Of a DNA stretch of 64,000 nt, positions 13,028 to 27,210 are shown in pieces. Source of the stretch: the human T2T-CHM13v2.0 reference genome, Homo sapiens; assembly GCF_009914755.1 (NCBI RefSeq), contig NC_060928.1, one strand, 5' to 3'. Within the stretch, counting starts at the first letter, position 1, and each line of letters opens with the position of its first letter. The translations under genes were made by a program, and so were the position numbers. The notes beneath the pieces were generated by a model. That model did not search any database. It saw only the letters and a program-made list of their open reading frames with translations, and was not told where the DNA came from.

Positions 13028-16000
13028 CTATTTTAATAGGTTGTATGCTTCCAGAAATTTATCCACTTTCTTTAGGGTTTCCAGCTTATTAGTGTGTAGT
13101 TGTTCATAATAGTCTCAGATAACCTCTTGTATTTCTGTCATATCATTTGTAGTGTCTTCTTTTTCATTTCCGACTTTGCTTATTTGGGTTTTCTCTCTTT
13201 TCTTTGTTAGCCTTCTAGCGGTTTATCAATTGTGTTTATCTTATTGAAAAACCAACTTTTCATTTCATTAATCCTTTATTTTTTTTAGTCTCCATTTTGA
13301 AAAAAACAACTTTTCACTTCATTAATCCTTTATATATTTTAAGTCTCTACTTTGTTTATTTCTACAGTGATCTTTATTATTTTTTATAATTTCGGGTTTG
13401 GTTTGTTACTGTTTTCTTAGTTCCTTGAGTTGCACTGTTAGGTTTTATATTTGAAATCTGTCTACCATTTTGATGTAGGCATTTGTTTATTGCTATAAAC
13501 TTTCCTTTTAGCACTGCTTTTGACATATCCTACAGGTTCTGGTATGTGGTGTTTTGATTTTCATTTGTTTCAAGAAACATTTTGATAACCATCTTAATTT
13601 GTTGATTGACCCAGTGATTGTTTATGAACATGCTGTTTAATTTCCATGTATTTGTATCATTCCTACAGTTCCTCCTGGAACTGATTTCAGGTTTTATTCC
13701 ATGGTGGTCTTAGAAGATACTTAATATGATTTTGATTTGTTTAAACTTGTTGATACTTGTTTTGTGGCCTAATATATGTTCTCTCTTAGAGAATGTTCCA
13801 TGTGCTGATGAGAAGGAAATATATTCTCTAGTTGTTGGATACAATACTCTGTAAATGGGTGTTAGGTACATTTGTTCTAATGTCCCATTCGAATCCAATG
13901 TTTCTTTCTTGATTTTCTTTTTAATACTGAGAGTGGGGTGTTGAAGTCCCTGACTGTTATTGTATAGAAGCCTCTGTCTCTCTCTCTCTTCAGATCTTGT
14001 AATATATGCTTTATAAATCTGTGTGCTACAGTGTATTTAGAAAACATATTTAAAATTGATCTAATGTCCTATTTGAATCCAATGTTTCTTTCTTGATTTT
14101 CTCTTTAATGTTGTTGAAGTCCCCCAATATTATTGTGAAATAATTGAAGTTTACCTCTCATTTGGATCTAGTAATGTATACTTTATGAATCTGTGTGCTT
14201 CAGTGTTCACTGCATATATATTTAGAATTGTTATTTCCTTTTGCTGGATTGATCTCTTCATCATTATATAGTGATCTTCTTTGTCTTTTTTTTTTTTTTT
14301 TTTTTTTTTACTGTTTTTGACTTAAAGTTTGTTCTAAGTATAGGTACTCCTGTTCACTTTTGGTTTCCATATATGTGGAGTAACTTTATCCATTCCTTTA
14401 CTTTGAGTATACATGTGTCTTTACAAGTAAATTGAATATCTTGTAGACAGCACATAGTTCAATCTCATTTCTATATCTTCTAGGTGGATAATTTAACCAT
14501 TTATATTCAATGTTATTATTGATATGTGAAGTTTTGTTCCTGTCATATTGTTAATTGTTTTTTGGTTATTTTAATGCTATAGTGGTGCCATTTGAGTCCT
14601 TTCTCTTCCTCATTTGCGTGTTTGGTTTACCAGTGAGTTTTCTACTTTCATGTGTTTTCAGGATGGTAAATGTTATGCTTTTACTTCTAGGTTTAGGACC
14701 CCCTTGAACATTTCTTGCAGGACTGACCTAGCCATAATTAATTTTCCCAGCATTTGCTCATCTGGGAAATACTTCCTCTTTCATTTGTGGATAATTTGGC
14801 TAGATATATTATCCTTAGGTGACAGTATATTTATTTTTTTCTTTTCGCCTTTTGAATATGTCATCCCATCCTCTCCTGGCCTATAAGGTTTCTGCTGAGA
14901 AATTCATTGTTAGGCTGGTGGGTGTTCCTTTGTAGGTGAGTAGGTACTTTTCTCTTGCTATTTTTAGAATCCTCTCTTTGTCTTTGACTTTACGTACTGT
15001 GACTATAATGTGTTGTGAAAACTTCTTTGCATTGTATCTCTTTGGGGATCTTTGAGCCTCCTGTATCTGGGCATGCAATTCTCTTGCTAGATTTGGAAAG
15101 CTTTTATCTGTTATTTACTTAAATAGGTTTTCTAACCCTTTCACATTCTCCTCACAGGGACACTGAACGTTTGACTATTTATTTGCTTTAAGTTTTCTCG
15201 AAAGTCATAAAGGCTTTGCTCATTCTTTTTTATTCTTTTTTCTATATTTTTGTTTTACTAGATTACTTGAAAAGATCTGTCTTCAAGTTCTAAGTTTCTT
15301 TCTTCTGCTTGACCTAGTCTATTGTTAAATTTTTTAAATTTATTTTGTATTTCATTTAGTAAATTCTTCAGTTCTAGAATTTGTTTGGCTTTTTAAAAAT
15401 TTTCTGTTTCATTAGTAAATCTCCCATTCATATCTAGAAAAACATATGAATTGTTTTATTGATTTCAGTGTATTGTTTTTGAGAAATCTCTTGTATCTGC
15501 TGAGCTTCTTTAAAATTGGTATTTTGAATTATTTATCTAGGATTTTGTGAATTTCTTTTAGACTGGGATCTGTTCCTGGAGAATTATTGCTTTCTATTCA
15601 AGGTGTTATATTTTCTTACTTTTCACTTTTCCTGGATCCTTACATTGATATCTGTGCATCTGGTGTAACAGTTGCTTCTTCCAATTTTTCGAATTTTCTT
15701 TTGTAGGGGAGGATTTTTTTTTTCTGAATATTTATATATGTTACTGGTTAGGTAGGGTACTTTGGCCTTGAATTTGGATGCATGCAGTAGGGTAGTCTCA
15801 GTATGATTTCTTTGGTTATAAACAACACCAGTGGTATCTGTGATTTCTTCAGTGGTTTTTGGTGTGATAATTAGTGGAGGCTGTGGTGAGTTTTAGCTGG
15901 GGACCAGAATGCCAAGTGGGCCAGTCTTCAAGCCCCAGTGGTGGTAGGTGTAGTGGGCTGAGCATACCTTGTCTTGAGTTCCAGAGTGGTATGCAATGGC

Positions 16001-19000
16001 TTCACTGTCAGTGAGCTCAGTTGAGCCAATTCTTGGGCTTCCACGTGGTTTGCTCAGTTGGTAGTGGTGGGTTGGGCATGTGGACATGTTCTTGGGCCCT
16101 TGGACAGTGCATATGATGTGGGCAGTGTCAGCAGCAGTGGTAAAACAACCTACTAGAACCCTAGCAATCCATGCTGGTGGTGGCAGTGAATATGATAGGC
16201 TGAGTGGGCCAGTCCCCTCACCCATAGGTAGCTCATGTAAGTGGTCGTCAGATGTGGTAGTATCACCAGTTTAGGTCAACCCTACCTCAGACCCTGGGAG
16301 GAGTGCTAAGGTGCCAATAGTGGTGGACTGGGCTGGGTGATCTCCAGGCCCCGGATGGTACACTCGGAGGACAGGACTGGGTTGGCAGATTGGTCTTCAG
16401 GCTCTCTGAAAATAAGCTCTGGCACTGATTGTGATAGGCAGGGTTGGGATTGTCCCCATACCACCAGCAGAATGCTCATGTGGAAGCAGTGGCAGCTGCA
16501 TTGCAGACCTGCCTCCAAGAAGGGCAGGACCCCGCTCAATGGAGGCAGTGAAGGCAGACAGCTGTGGGGCTTGTGCTTTCCTCACATCATGGTTGCACAA
16601 CAGTCAGAGCAGCAACAGTGGGACTTGTCCTCAAGGTCCGTGACAGTGCCCAGCCTTCCCTATCCCTACTCAGCTCAGTGGCAACTGTGATAACAACAAC
16701 CCCAGAACAAAATGCAGACCTTTGTAGGCCTGACTCTAAGAATGGTGCCAGCAGACTGGGGAACTCAGTGTGAATTGTGTTTCTGGAGCAGTGTCTTGGC
16801 TTCGCCTCTAGGCAGCACCCTGTGTAAGGTCTCAAGGTCTTTGAAACCAAAGGGCTTTCCTGCAGCTAAGATTTTAGAAGTTTGTGGAAGAAAAGTGGGG
16901 CCCCAGTAGTCACTCACTTAACATTTCCTCATGTCTGGGAGCTCCTCTCAGCTCCCAGCAGATCTCAGCCCAGCAGTGCAGGCTACCTTGCTTCTGGCTT
17001 CTCTCTTTGCTTTCGGTGCTTTCCCTCACTTCTCTGTTGAATTCTAATGTTCTCTTTTAGATGATCTATTCAAAGTTTAAATATCTGCTTGATATTTTGT
17101 TTCCTCTCTATGAAAGAGGCACTTACTAGATGCGTCTAGTCAACCATCTTCAGAAATTGGTGTATTTTTATATGCAACTTTTGGCATTTATTTTCTCCTA
17201 TGCTAAATTACTATTTGGTAAATTTAAAAAATATAAATTCAACATTTGCTGATTTGTAGGATAAAACTTGAAAAAAATGTTAAGACACCAGCTAAAGCAC
17301 ATTAGAACAACCTGGATTTTTAGAGGACTTATTCATAGCAATTTCTGTAAGTTGGTTAATATCCAACTAACATTTTGTGACACATATTTTGTGACACATA
17401 TCAATTCTTATATCCTTAAAAATGTGTGGAGTTGTTTTGTTTGTTTTTGGATGTGGAGTTTTTAATATCTGGATTTAAGGTAGAGGTCTTTTCTATGACA
17501 ATTTGGCCAATTTTCATTTTTCTATATGCCTTTCTATTAAATTCTCCTGTTTAACCATTTAAAAGCTGCTATAGTAAGACAGTGATGTCATAAGTCAAGC
17601 TCAACAGAAGTACAAATATAAATAGACATATAAATATCCTCAAATAAAATTACACCGCATGCTTTTCAAGGAGTAAAAGGTTTTTTTTTCCATTTCATTG
17701 CATCATCTAACTGAAGAGAGCATGTATAATATGCAAATCACATTTTTGACCCTTTGTTTTAATACTGTTGAACACTTAAATGAGAGACTTTAAACAGTTG
17801 TGATAGTTACTTCTTGTCAATTGATGAAGAAAATGATGCGCTTAATAGAGATATTTTAAAATATCTCTATCTGTGCAACCTTCTATGTTGCACCATGGAG
17901 AGATGAAGCAGAATAGAGGAAAGTTACTATAATATAATTTTCAGTGGGCTCAGTGACTCTCTACAATGTAAAAAAGAGTATTATTCAAATCTAGCTTAAA
18001 TATAAGCAATGAAAGAAGAAAGTGTTGTGTATTTTATAGTGACAAGAAAGTGTTTGGCGCTGGGAATAATTAATTGCCTTTACAAAACAGCAGGAGTTCA
18101 CTTAGATAAATAAACAGCATTTATATGTACTTGTAAAAAAAGTGAGATAAACTTACCAGCAACTACTAATCTAAGAACAAAGACTATACTAATAGCTGTA
18201 GACAATCTTTATTTTCAGTCAAGCTATCACAAAAATGTTTACTTCTCTACAAACAGAGGTAAAGCAGCTTTTGGTTAAATGTTAACTTCTGTGAAAATGG
18301 GTACATAAAGTACTTTTCAATACCAAAATGTTTTGCTGTATCTAAATATAAAATAGTAAAAATTTGAAAATACTATTTCTCAGAGTAATGTATTAGTACA
18401 AAATGCATATAACATGCTATAAATATCTACATTTGAATAAATCCTTCTGCAAACAGAAAGATTCCTGTGGGTCTGTGTTAAATTGGCAAATAGCTCACTA
18501 GTATGTTAAGATTTGGCTTCATTACCTCTTAAACAAAACATTTCGGTATAATTTCAAAATATTTATATAATATGCCAGGATTTAAATAGAATATTAGTTA
18601 AGAATAACTTCTAGAATGGATTCAGGAAATGTATTTTTATTCTGCCTTGTTCCAATTTGGAAATGTATATATACTTCCAGGAATGACTCAAATCAGTTCA
18701 CATTTATCCATTGGCAGTGCAATCAAAAGAAATTATTTGGCGTTAACTTAGTTTCAATTTTTATCAAGTTAATGTTTATCATCTACCATTTTACTTTCCA
18801 GATAATAATCCAAATATATATCACTCTCTAGTGATGTCTTAAGCAATTACGCATGTACTTTAATTCTTTTGCTTTACAGAAGTTATTTTGCTTTTATATT
18901 TCAACTTATAAAAAAATTTTGTCCCAAGAGTTTATACAAATAATCAGGCTTTACATATCAGAGAAAAAAAATAAACAAATATTTTCACCTTTTTCATACT

Positions 19001-19949
19001 CTACCATTGCCTCTAAATTTTCTTCTAGAATGCAGTATAAAAATCCCAAAATTATTAACCATGAAAAAAAAAAACAAACAGAGGCAACTGTATCCAAGTA
19101 TATTGAATGCATCATTCAGATATGTTCTACTTTGAAGAGACAGTGCATGGCATTTTTAAAAGTATGAGATGAATAATACTAAAATTGTCTCTTCTACTTT
19201 CTTTAAATATAAATCACATGATGATAAATCATAGACTTCTATTGTGTTAGGCATCTGCAGTCTTAGTGTGTGTTAATACCCCTGAGCACAGTGTAGTGCA
19301 TTTTAACTAATATTTAATAAAATTTATAAGGTGCATAATATATACTAAAATTTATATGGCCTATTAATCATACCAATTATTAACAAAAACATCAACTCAA
19401 GCACATAATCCTGAGTAAATATATCTGAGTCAAAATCAAGGTAAAGATAAATTAAAATCCTTGTTTTTCAAGGTGTATTTTGAATAATGGGTGAGTACAT
19501 CTATCTTTCTGCCTGCTGGCTGGAAGTTTTCATGATTGTCTAGATTCACATTACCAGTTCCCTTTGCTCATTATTCCCCCTTGGCTAATTGTCTCTTTCC
19601 TTCATTTGTACTAATTAGGCTACATTTTGTTTGGCACATTAGCTTGAATTGTGTCAGTAAGGTAAAACAACTTTAATAAAACCTAGCTATGCAACATTGC
19701 TACTAAGGTCATTATCAATCCGAAATGTACCTTCAAAAATGAATTTAAATAAGGTGTAATCAAATGATGCATAAAGACACATATTTTAATTTTTTGGAAA
19801 GTAACCTCATTCTCATATCTTTTCTTTACCTCTTTTAAATATTTTCTATGAAACTTGTGATGTCAATTTTTATTTCATAGATGTGTAAAAGTTTTGTGCT
19901 TTTAAAAGTTTAATCATCTTTTCTCACTGTCTTTTATATTTCCTCTTAG

Positions 19950-20053
19950 ATACTATTGGTCCTGTGGTCATCAGAAATTATAACAGAATTGGAGAAGATT
20001 GCTGCCATTTGGTGCCCAGATTGCTTCAAAAAATTGTAGGAGACTGCCATCCA
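19950..20053 (+). other. Candidate 104-nt spliced exon (lncRNA or unknown host gene)
   Basis: Pyrimidine tract plus acceptor TTTCCTCTTAG| and donor CCA|GTAAGT, in apparently unique DNA. Confidence 0.3.
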
Positions 20054-23000
20054 GTAAGTTGACTTGTTCTATAATTTTGCAAGCTGATCATGCTGATGAA
20101 TTTGTGACCATATGTAGAGGCTCCACTGAAAGAGCAAACAGAGAATTTTGCCTCAAGCGAAGAAGTTGAAACTTACTAAGTATGTATCCTTTGCCTGAAG
20201 TAGTTGTTTTAATAATTCCAGAGAGTAAGAAAAGATTCCAATTCCATTATATGTTTCTATCAAGATGTTATCCTTGTCCTGAGAGACTTCTGTCCAACTA
20301 TTGTTGGGAAGTGGCCATTTAGTAAGAACAGATGGTGACAACAAGCACAAGAGAATATGGACAACTTCCAGGTCTCAGAGAAATAGACTCATGATCTTAG
20401 CTTTGAAAACAACTTAAATCCTACAAGGGAGGTAAAGCATATATAATAGATCCAGGAACAATGAAAAGACAACCAAAGATCATGACCCAGTTATAGGTTT
20501 CTTGCCATCTCCTAATAGGAAAAGTCTCAGAGTTAGGGAGCTGCTGCAAAAAAGCCCAATGATAAGATTCACATCAGAAGCATGTAAAGTGATTTTGTGG
20601 ATAAAACTATATTAGTAAATTAAGAAAATCATGATGGCACTATTAAAGTGGAATAATTATTACAGTGAAAGTTAGATAAAAATGCACAACTTAGTAACCT
20701 TAAAGGGTAGTGTTTTATTAAATGAAAATACATTAATCCATAACTCATATTTCTTAATGCATAACAAGCAAATAGTCTTCAAAAAATTTGCAAAAAGGAA
20801 GAAATTGAATGTAATATGTTTAAAAATATCATTATATAGAAATTAGATAATTAATATTGTGCTTGTCAATTCATAGGTCATTTTGTTTCATATGGTGAAC
20901 AATAAGGTTTTCAAGCTTAGATTCTCTAAATGCCAACAATCAGCAAAAAGCAGGTGATCTGTTTATATTTGTTTGATTTTACTGCCAAACATACAAAGTC
21001 AATATCTAGAGGTGGGCGAAACAAAGCACAAGTGCATGATTTACACAGGATCAAAGAAATATAATAGAATAGTATCTTGCTAACCTCACCCTCATAGTGG
21101 ATGGATCAGATAACTCAATATATATATACATACCTTATTAAATATATATATATTTAATAACCGTGCCCCAGAAATGTAAATGTAATTATAATAATTTTTT
21201 GAAAATTGCTGTAGATCAGTATTCTAATGTTTTTACTCTAAGTTTCATCTTTAATAATATTAATAAGACATAATCTAATTCACTTTTTTCTTTTTTAATT
21301 ATAATTTAACCTGGAGCCTGAAGTTTGTAAACACCTTCTCAAGCTTGCTAAGTGTCACCCTGTATGATCCATTCTGTCACTCCAATGTGCCAAAATATTT
21401 TTGAGATTCTAATTCAGTCATCTAAAATACCTATTATTCCAGGTCTCTGCTGGTATCCTAAAAATTGTTTCCAATATTATACAAGTTACTGACTGCATTT
21501 GGTGGGAGTACTGTGGAGGTTAAAGAGTCAAATAGTATCATAAATTTCTCCCTATTTTGAAATTAACACATAATTTCATACATATTTCCAAGTTCACTTT
21601 ATGTATGACATGATAATTATGTAAGTTGATATAAGATATTACATTCCAATTGCATAAACTAAAACATAGCAAACATTTTCTGAATTCATTTAGACTCATT
21701 CCACTTTGTTAGTGCTGAAGCCTTTCCTCTTGCCTGCAATAGCTTGCGGTGAAAGCCAGCAATCAGCAGATCACACAGCCATCCACCTGTTACCCTGGCA
21801 TCAGGGAATGTGCATTGAGGTAATTTAGCTTCTCTTAGGCTCAAAGCCTTTTTCTGCTACACAGCATAGCCAGGGCACATGGTCAGGTAATTCCCAACTC
21901 TAACCTCTACAGTGTGAGGTTACATGGTGTAACGGTGAGCACTCTGGACTCTGAATACACCAACTGTAACCTCTGCTTCAAGGCGCTAAATGCCTAGAAT
22001 GGATCTGAAAAGTATAATTTTCTCCCCACACTGCCATCTTAGGACCAACCAAGGGAGTCCATGGCCAGTTGTCCAAACATGTAGTTGACTATTATGAGGT
22101 GCTAATCCTGCTGACAGGCTGCCACCTTGCTTCATCCTATCACATTCCTCTTGTCTGCCTCACAAAAGAATCAAATACAGAAAAACTGACAGTTGAAAGA
22201 GATCAGGACAGGAGTATAAGATAGTAATTTTATGTGAGAGAAAAAGTTGCAGGAGTTTGCTGGTAAAAAGAAACCAAATAATTGTAGAGAGGTCATGTGA
22301 GAAGGTTGTCGAAAATTTTCCCTTAAATCTTCACAGTGTCCAGGGTATATACACACCTCGTTGTTGTTTTTAAAATAACTTCTGAGATTATTTTTTGCTT
22401 TTTGGTTTTTGTTGTTTTTGGTGGCCTAGTCTTTTCCAATTTCACGAGTAACTGGAAGGCTGAAACATCATGGAGTTGTTTGAAATAATCATATCTTGGC
22501 TGTTGTTTGAAGGGATCTTTCACACACAATATACCATTGAAGGTCATATTTTATTTCCTCATATAATCTTATAACATGTGAAATAATAATTTAAAAACCT
22601 GGCTCATTAGCAGGCACTAGGAATGGGGGTGATTAATATTTATATTTTCTTTGGTACCATTATTATTACAGACTCATGCTGACAGACTTTTGATGCTACA
22701 AACTTCTATAGGAACATCAGTTAAGGTACTCAGATTTCAGATAGTTCCTTCTATTTCCTCACACTCAATATTAAATATAGGCATCTTTATTTATGAAGGC
22801 AATTGAACCAAAGCTGACATGGAGATTTTATATCTCTATCATTCATATACTCTGCAATACTCTATGCACTTATTTAAAACTAAACAAAAGATGAAGATAT
22901 GGTCATATGGCCATTGGTTGAAGGAAAGTATTATTCTGATGTGAAACAATGTTGCACAAATAGTTACTGAAATAAATTCTATATAGGAGGGGTATGTACA

Positions 23001-23469
23001 AGGGGCTAAGGAAGTATATTGATGAGTAGTTAATGAAATATGGGGGTATGGGGAAGAAAATGCACATATTTGGGGGGAAGATAATATCTAAAATATGGCT
23101 TAAAAGTTGATTAGTGCATAGATAGCTTTTGGAAGGTTAGGGAACACATATATTATTCATGTTCTTTTGAAATAACATATCATTACATCATTGAACCAGC
23201 TCTTTTCTACAGCTATTTTTGATCAAACTATTCTAAAAGCATGTAAAAATGTTTCGAAGGATATTCATATATTCTGAAAACTAAATGGTTTTTAAACATT
23301 AGAAAAAATAAGCAAATTAGACTTGTTTTCCAGAAAGAAAAATCCAAGAGACAATGATACAAGTTTCCGGGAGTCTTCTGCCTTTATTCTTTCAATTTTT
23401 TGAAACAATATAGAGTGAAAACTTCCATCTTCCAGCTCTCCTCTTAGAAGAATGGGATTTGGCCAGATA

Positions 23470-24061
23470 TGATGAGCTGGATTCTAGCAATTTTCCTCAA
23501 ATGTCTGACTCCTAATCTAGGTAAAATTACAAATAATATATTTGCAGATATAGTAAAGATGACCAATTAGGAGACTTTAAAATTGAGACATTACCTTGGA
23601 TTATTCAAGTAGGTACAACATATTCACATAATCCCAAAAGCAGCAGAAAAAAGTGGGAGGGAAGAAGCTTAAGAAGTTGGGCAAATTTAAAGCATGAGAA
23701 TGAATCATCAGCATTCATTGCTTTCAAGATGGAGAAAGAACTACAGCTTATCTCCAGAAGCTGGGAAGGATCCCTGGCCAATCAGGAAAAAAAATCAGGA
23801 ACTCAGTTCAACAGTCCCATTTAACTAAGTTCTGCCCAAACCTCAGCGAGCTTGAAAGTACATTCCTCCATTCAGCCTGCAAAAAGGAACACAGCCTGCT
23901 AAAACCTTGATTTTAAGCTTATGCATCTCTGTCAGAGAGATAAGTGGGCTACACTGTGCTCAGACTTCTAATCCACAAAAACGGTGAGAAATCCAGTAGG
24001 TGCTACTTTACATCATTAAATTTGTGACAATTTGTTAAAGCAGCAATAGAAAGGTAATCCA
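23470..24061 (+). mobile_element. MaLR solo LTR (MLT1D/E-like)
   Basis: TTTGCAGATATAGTAAAG...GGATTATTCAAGTAGG...ACCTTGATTTTAAGC...AAATTTGTGACAATTTGTTAAAGCAGCAATAGAAA. Confidence 0.75.
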
Positions 24062-24599
24062 CCGACATTAGCAAACTCTTCCCCTCCTCTGCATTCTCCC
24101 ACATTTTTTGACTTAATTATTTCCTATTTATTTTCAGAATTAGGTTCTAGTAAAAGTGAGGAGCCACTGTCTTAGACACCTAAGAGTGAGAGAACAGTCA
24201 ACAGCATGAGATGTATTACCTTGCAATTTCTTTTTTCTGTCTCCTTGTAGCCATGACAATTACTTTTTTTTTTGAGGGCAAATAAAGTTAAAGTTTAATA
24301 TGTAATTTTGTTGTGAGAATATTAGTTCCAACTTACTGTGTTCTGAAAAATAATAATAAGTTATCATTCAAAAAGAAAGTGTTAATATTCTCCCCAAGAT
24401 ATTAAAGGCTTTCCAGCAAGGGTCCTAAACTTTTCTATTTGTTTTTTGGATGGAAAAAGTGGCCAATGTAAGAGCTAGGTTTAAAGAATATAGACTTGAG
24501 GAATAATTTTAGAGTGTTTTTTTGACAACGTGTGGGTAAGATACAAGTACTTGGAACAAACAAAAATATGACTAAAGCAACCAAAAGAATAACCAAAAG

Positions 24600-24950
24600 T
24601 TTCATAAATTCAAAAAGAACAAAACATTTCAAGGAGATGTGAAAACAGTCCTAAATGTGGCTCCTGAATTTTAATATAAGGAATTGGATTTGATAAACAG
24701 GAGCACATTAGTTTTCTTAATTAAATTAAATTTTGCTGGTAAAAATCAGATGTAAGTGTACTGAGAAGTGAGTACAAAAAGTGTGTTATTGAGAAGTTTA
24801 TATGATAAATGGACAAGTGATAGAAGTTAATAGATGAAGTGGATTAATACATAATGGAAGAAATTATTTAGAATGAAAAACACTTTTGCTTGTCCATAAC
24901 TGAGAAGAATTCCTCAATGAAAGAGATATTTTAAAGATGGAGAAAAATAG
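24600..24950 (-). mobile_element. Degraded L2 fragment
   Basis: ATTTCAAGGAG...AAATGTGGCT...TTGGATTTGATAAACAGGAG resembles antisense L2. Confidence 0.35.
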
Positions 24951-25509
24951 AAATAAAAGCTAAAATAATAAGGGTAAGTGATTATAACAATGTAATCAGT
25001 CTCTTGGAGTTTAAGAGAATAGCTGCCACAACTGGTAGTAAGGTAGTATGGGCATGGGGGAGAAATTAAAGGCCTGGTGGTCAACAGGTGAGCCTCACAG
25101 GGCTGCTGAGGGAATGCAGATTAGATGAGAACATGGAGGGGCACAAGCAAGATGCCTGTGAGCCTGCAGGTAATAGTAGGGCACCAACATGGGTGTGAGG
25201 ATGTCCTTCAGAAGATTTTCCATTTTCTCAACTTAAGCATTGATTTCTATTCCTCTAAGCCCAAGAGGTTGGATTTTGAAAGAGAAACAGGACTTGAGCA
25301 CCATTGCTTAGTATTGGTACATGCTCTAAGGGCATGCCAAGTTCTTACTCTCATACTAAGTTTATCTCTGTTCATGAGGAAATTGCCTTTCAAATCTTCA
25401 ATGTCTTTAAGATTTTTTAAAAGCTATTTCAGTGGAAATGTTGACCAGTTCAACTTTCAACTCCTATTACTGAAGACCAGTACAGATACAAGTTCAATTT
25501 TGACTCTTT

Positions 25510-26221
<712 letters not shown>

Positions 26222-27034
26222 ATCCCTAAGACTTATATATTCAAATTTGCAGAAAATTCCTTTGCACCTTTACACTCAGATTCACATCATTTTAGTAACA
26301 GCATACTGTCAAATAAATAGTATAAGTTTTCTTACATTATACTTTGTAACATGTATATGTATGGCATGACCAAAGCTCTTTCTGGCCATTAGAAATTGTA
26401 GAATGATACAATTTTTTTTTTTTCTTTTTTTTTTTGCCTAAAGTTCCCAATAGTTTTTCTCAGTCAAGTATTAATATTCATTGTTTGGGCAACAGTGAAC
26501 TTCACAATTATTTCTCTCTTTCTGCTAAATGGAATAATCAATAAGGAAAACTAAGAACTCGTTTGTTTAAAATAAAAAGTATTAAAAACCTATAAATAAT
26601 CTCTTAATATGATTTATCTTTCCATTTTTGCTTTTTCAGGCTATGGACTTGAGTCTATAGATCTTCATCTTGGCTTTGCAATTTGATTCTACTTTCTCTT
26701 AGAGTTGCCTTTTTGAATATTCCTGCTGCAACCCAAAATTTATCTCTCTGTTTCTTACTTTGTGTTGTTAACTTTACAAACACACTTAATTGCTTCCTTG
26801 CTGATGGGTTTGTGCCAAGGACATACCTGACTAATTAATCCATTTATAATATGTCAAAAATAAACAAAAACTCATTTTCCAGTGCCATCCAGATTGCTAA
26901 TTTTAATTAATTAACTTAACTCTTAACTTATTTAATTTTAAATTAGTTTATTTAATTTTTTCAGTATTATCCATATTATTAATTTTCAACATCCATCTTC
27001 ATATGGTTAAGAGGTTTTTTCCTAGTTCTAATAT

Positions 27035-27210
27035 TTAATAGCTTTGACTTTAGCAAGTTACTTAGCATTTTTTGTGCCTTTTTCTTCATTTGTAATAGAA
27101 TGACATTAATACCTATCTCACAATGTTCTTTTCAAAATCAAATACTTAATTCCTACAAATTGAAGGGAGTAATTGCTGTACACAGTAAACATTGAAATGC
27201 TAACTGTTGT
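27035..27210 (+). mobile_element. MIR SINE
   Basis: TGACTTTAGCAAGTTACTTAGC...TTCTTCATTTGTAATAGAATG...TACCTATCTCAC, the MIR core. Confidence 0.7.

Noticed and set aside
15893-16909. Cluster of overlapping ORFs in GC-richer DNA
   Set aside because: The cluster lies in the L1 5' UTR. Higher GC content lowers stop frequency, and no protein is recognisable.
18151-18185. Possible minus-strand 14-nt microexon (TTCTTAG...CTG|GTAAGT)
   Set aside because: Too short to distinguish from chance, with no supporting exon chain.
20090-20130. TGATGA...CTGA resembling C/D snoRNA boxes
   Set aside because: Box spacing is too short and there is no terminal stem.
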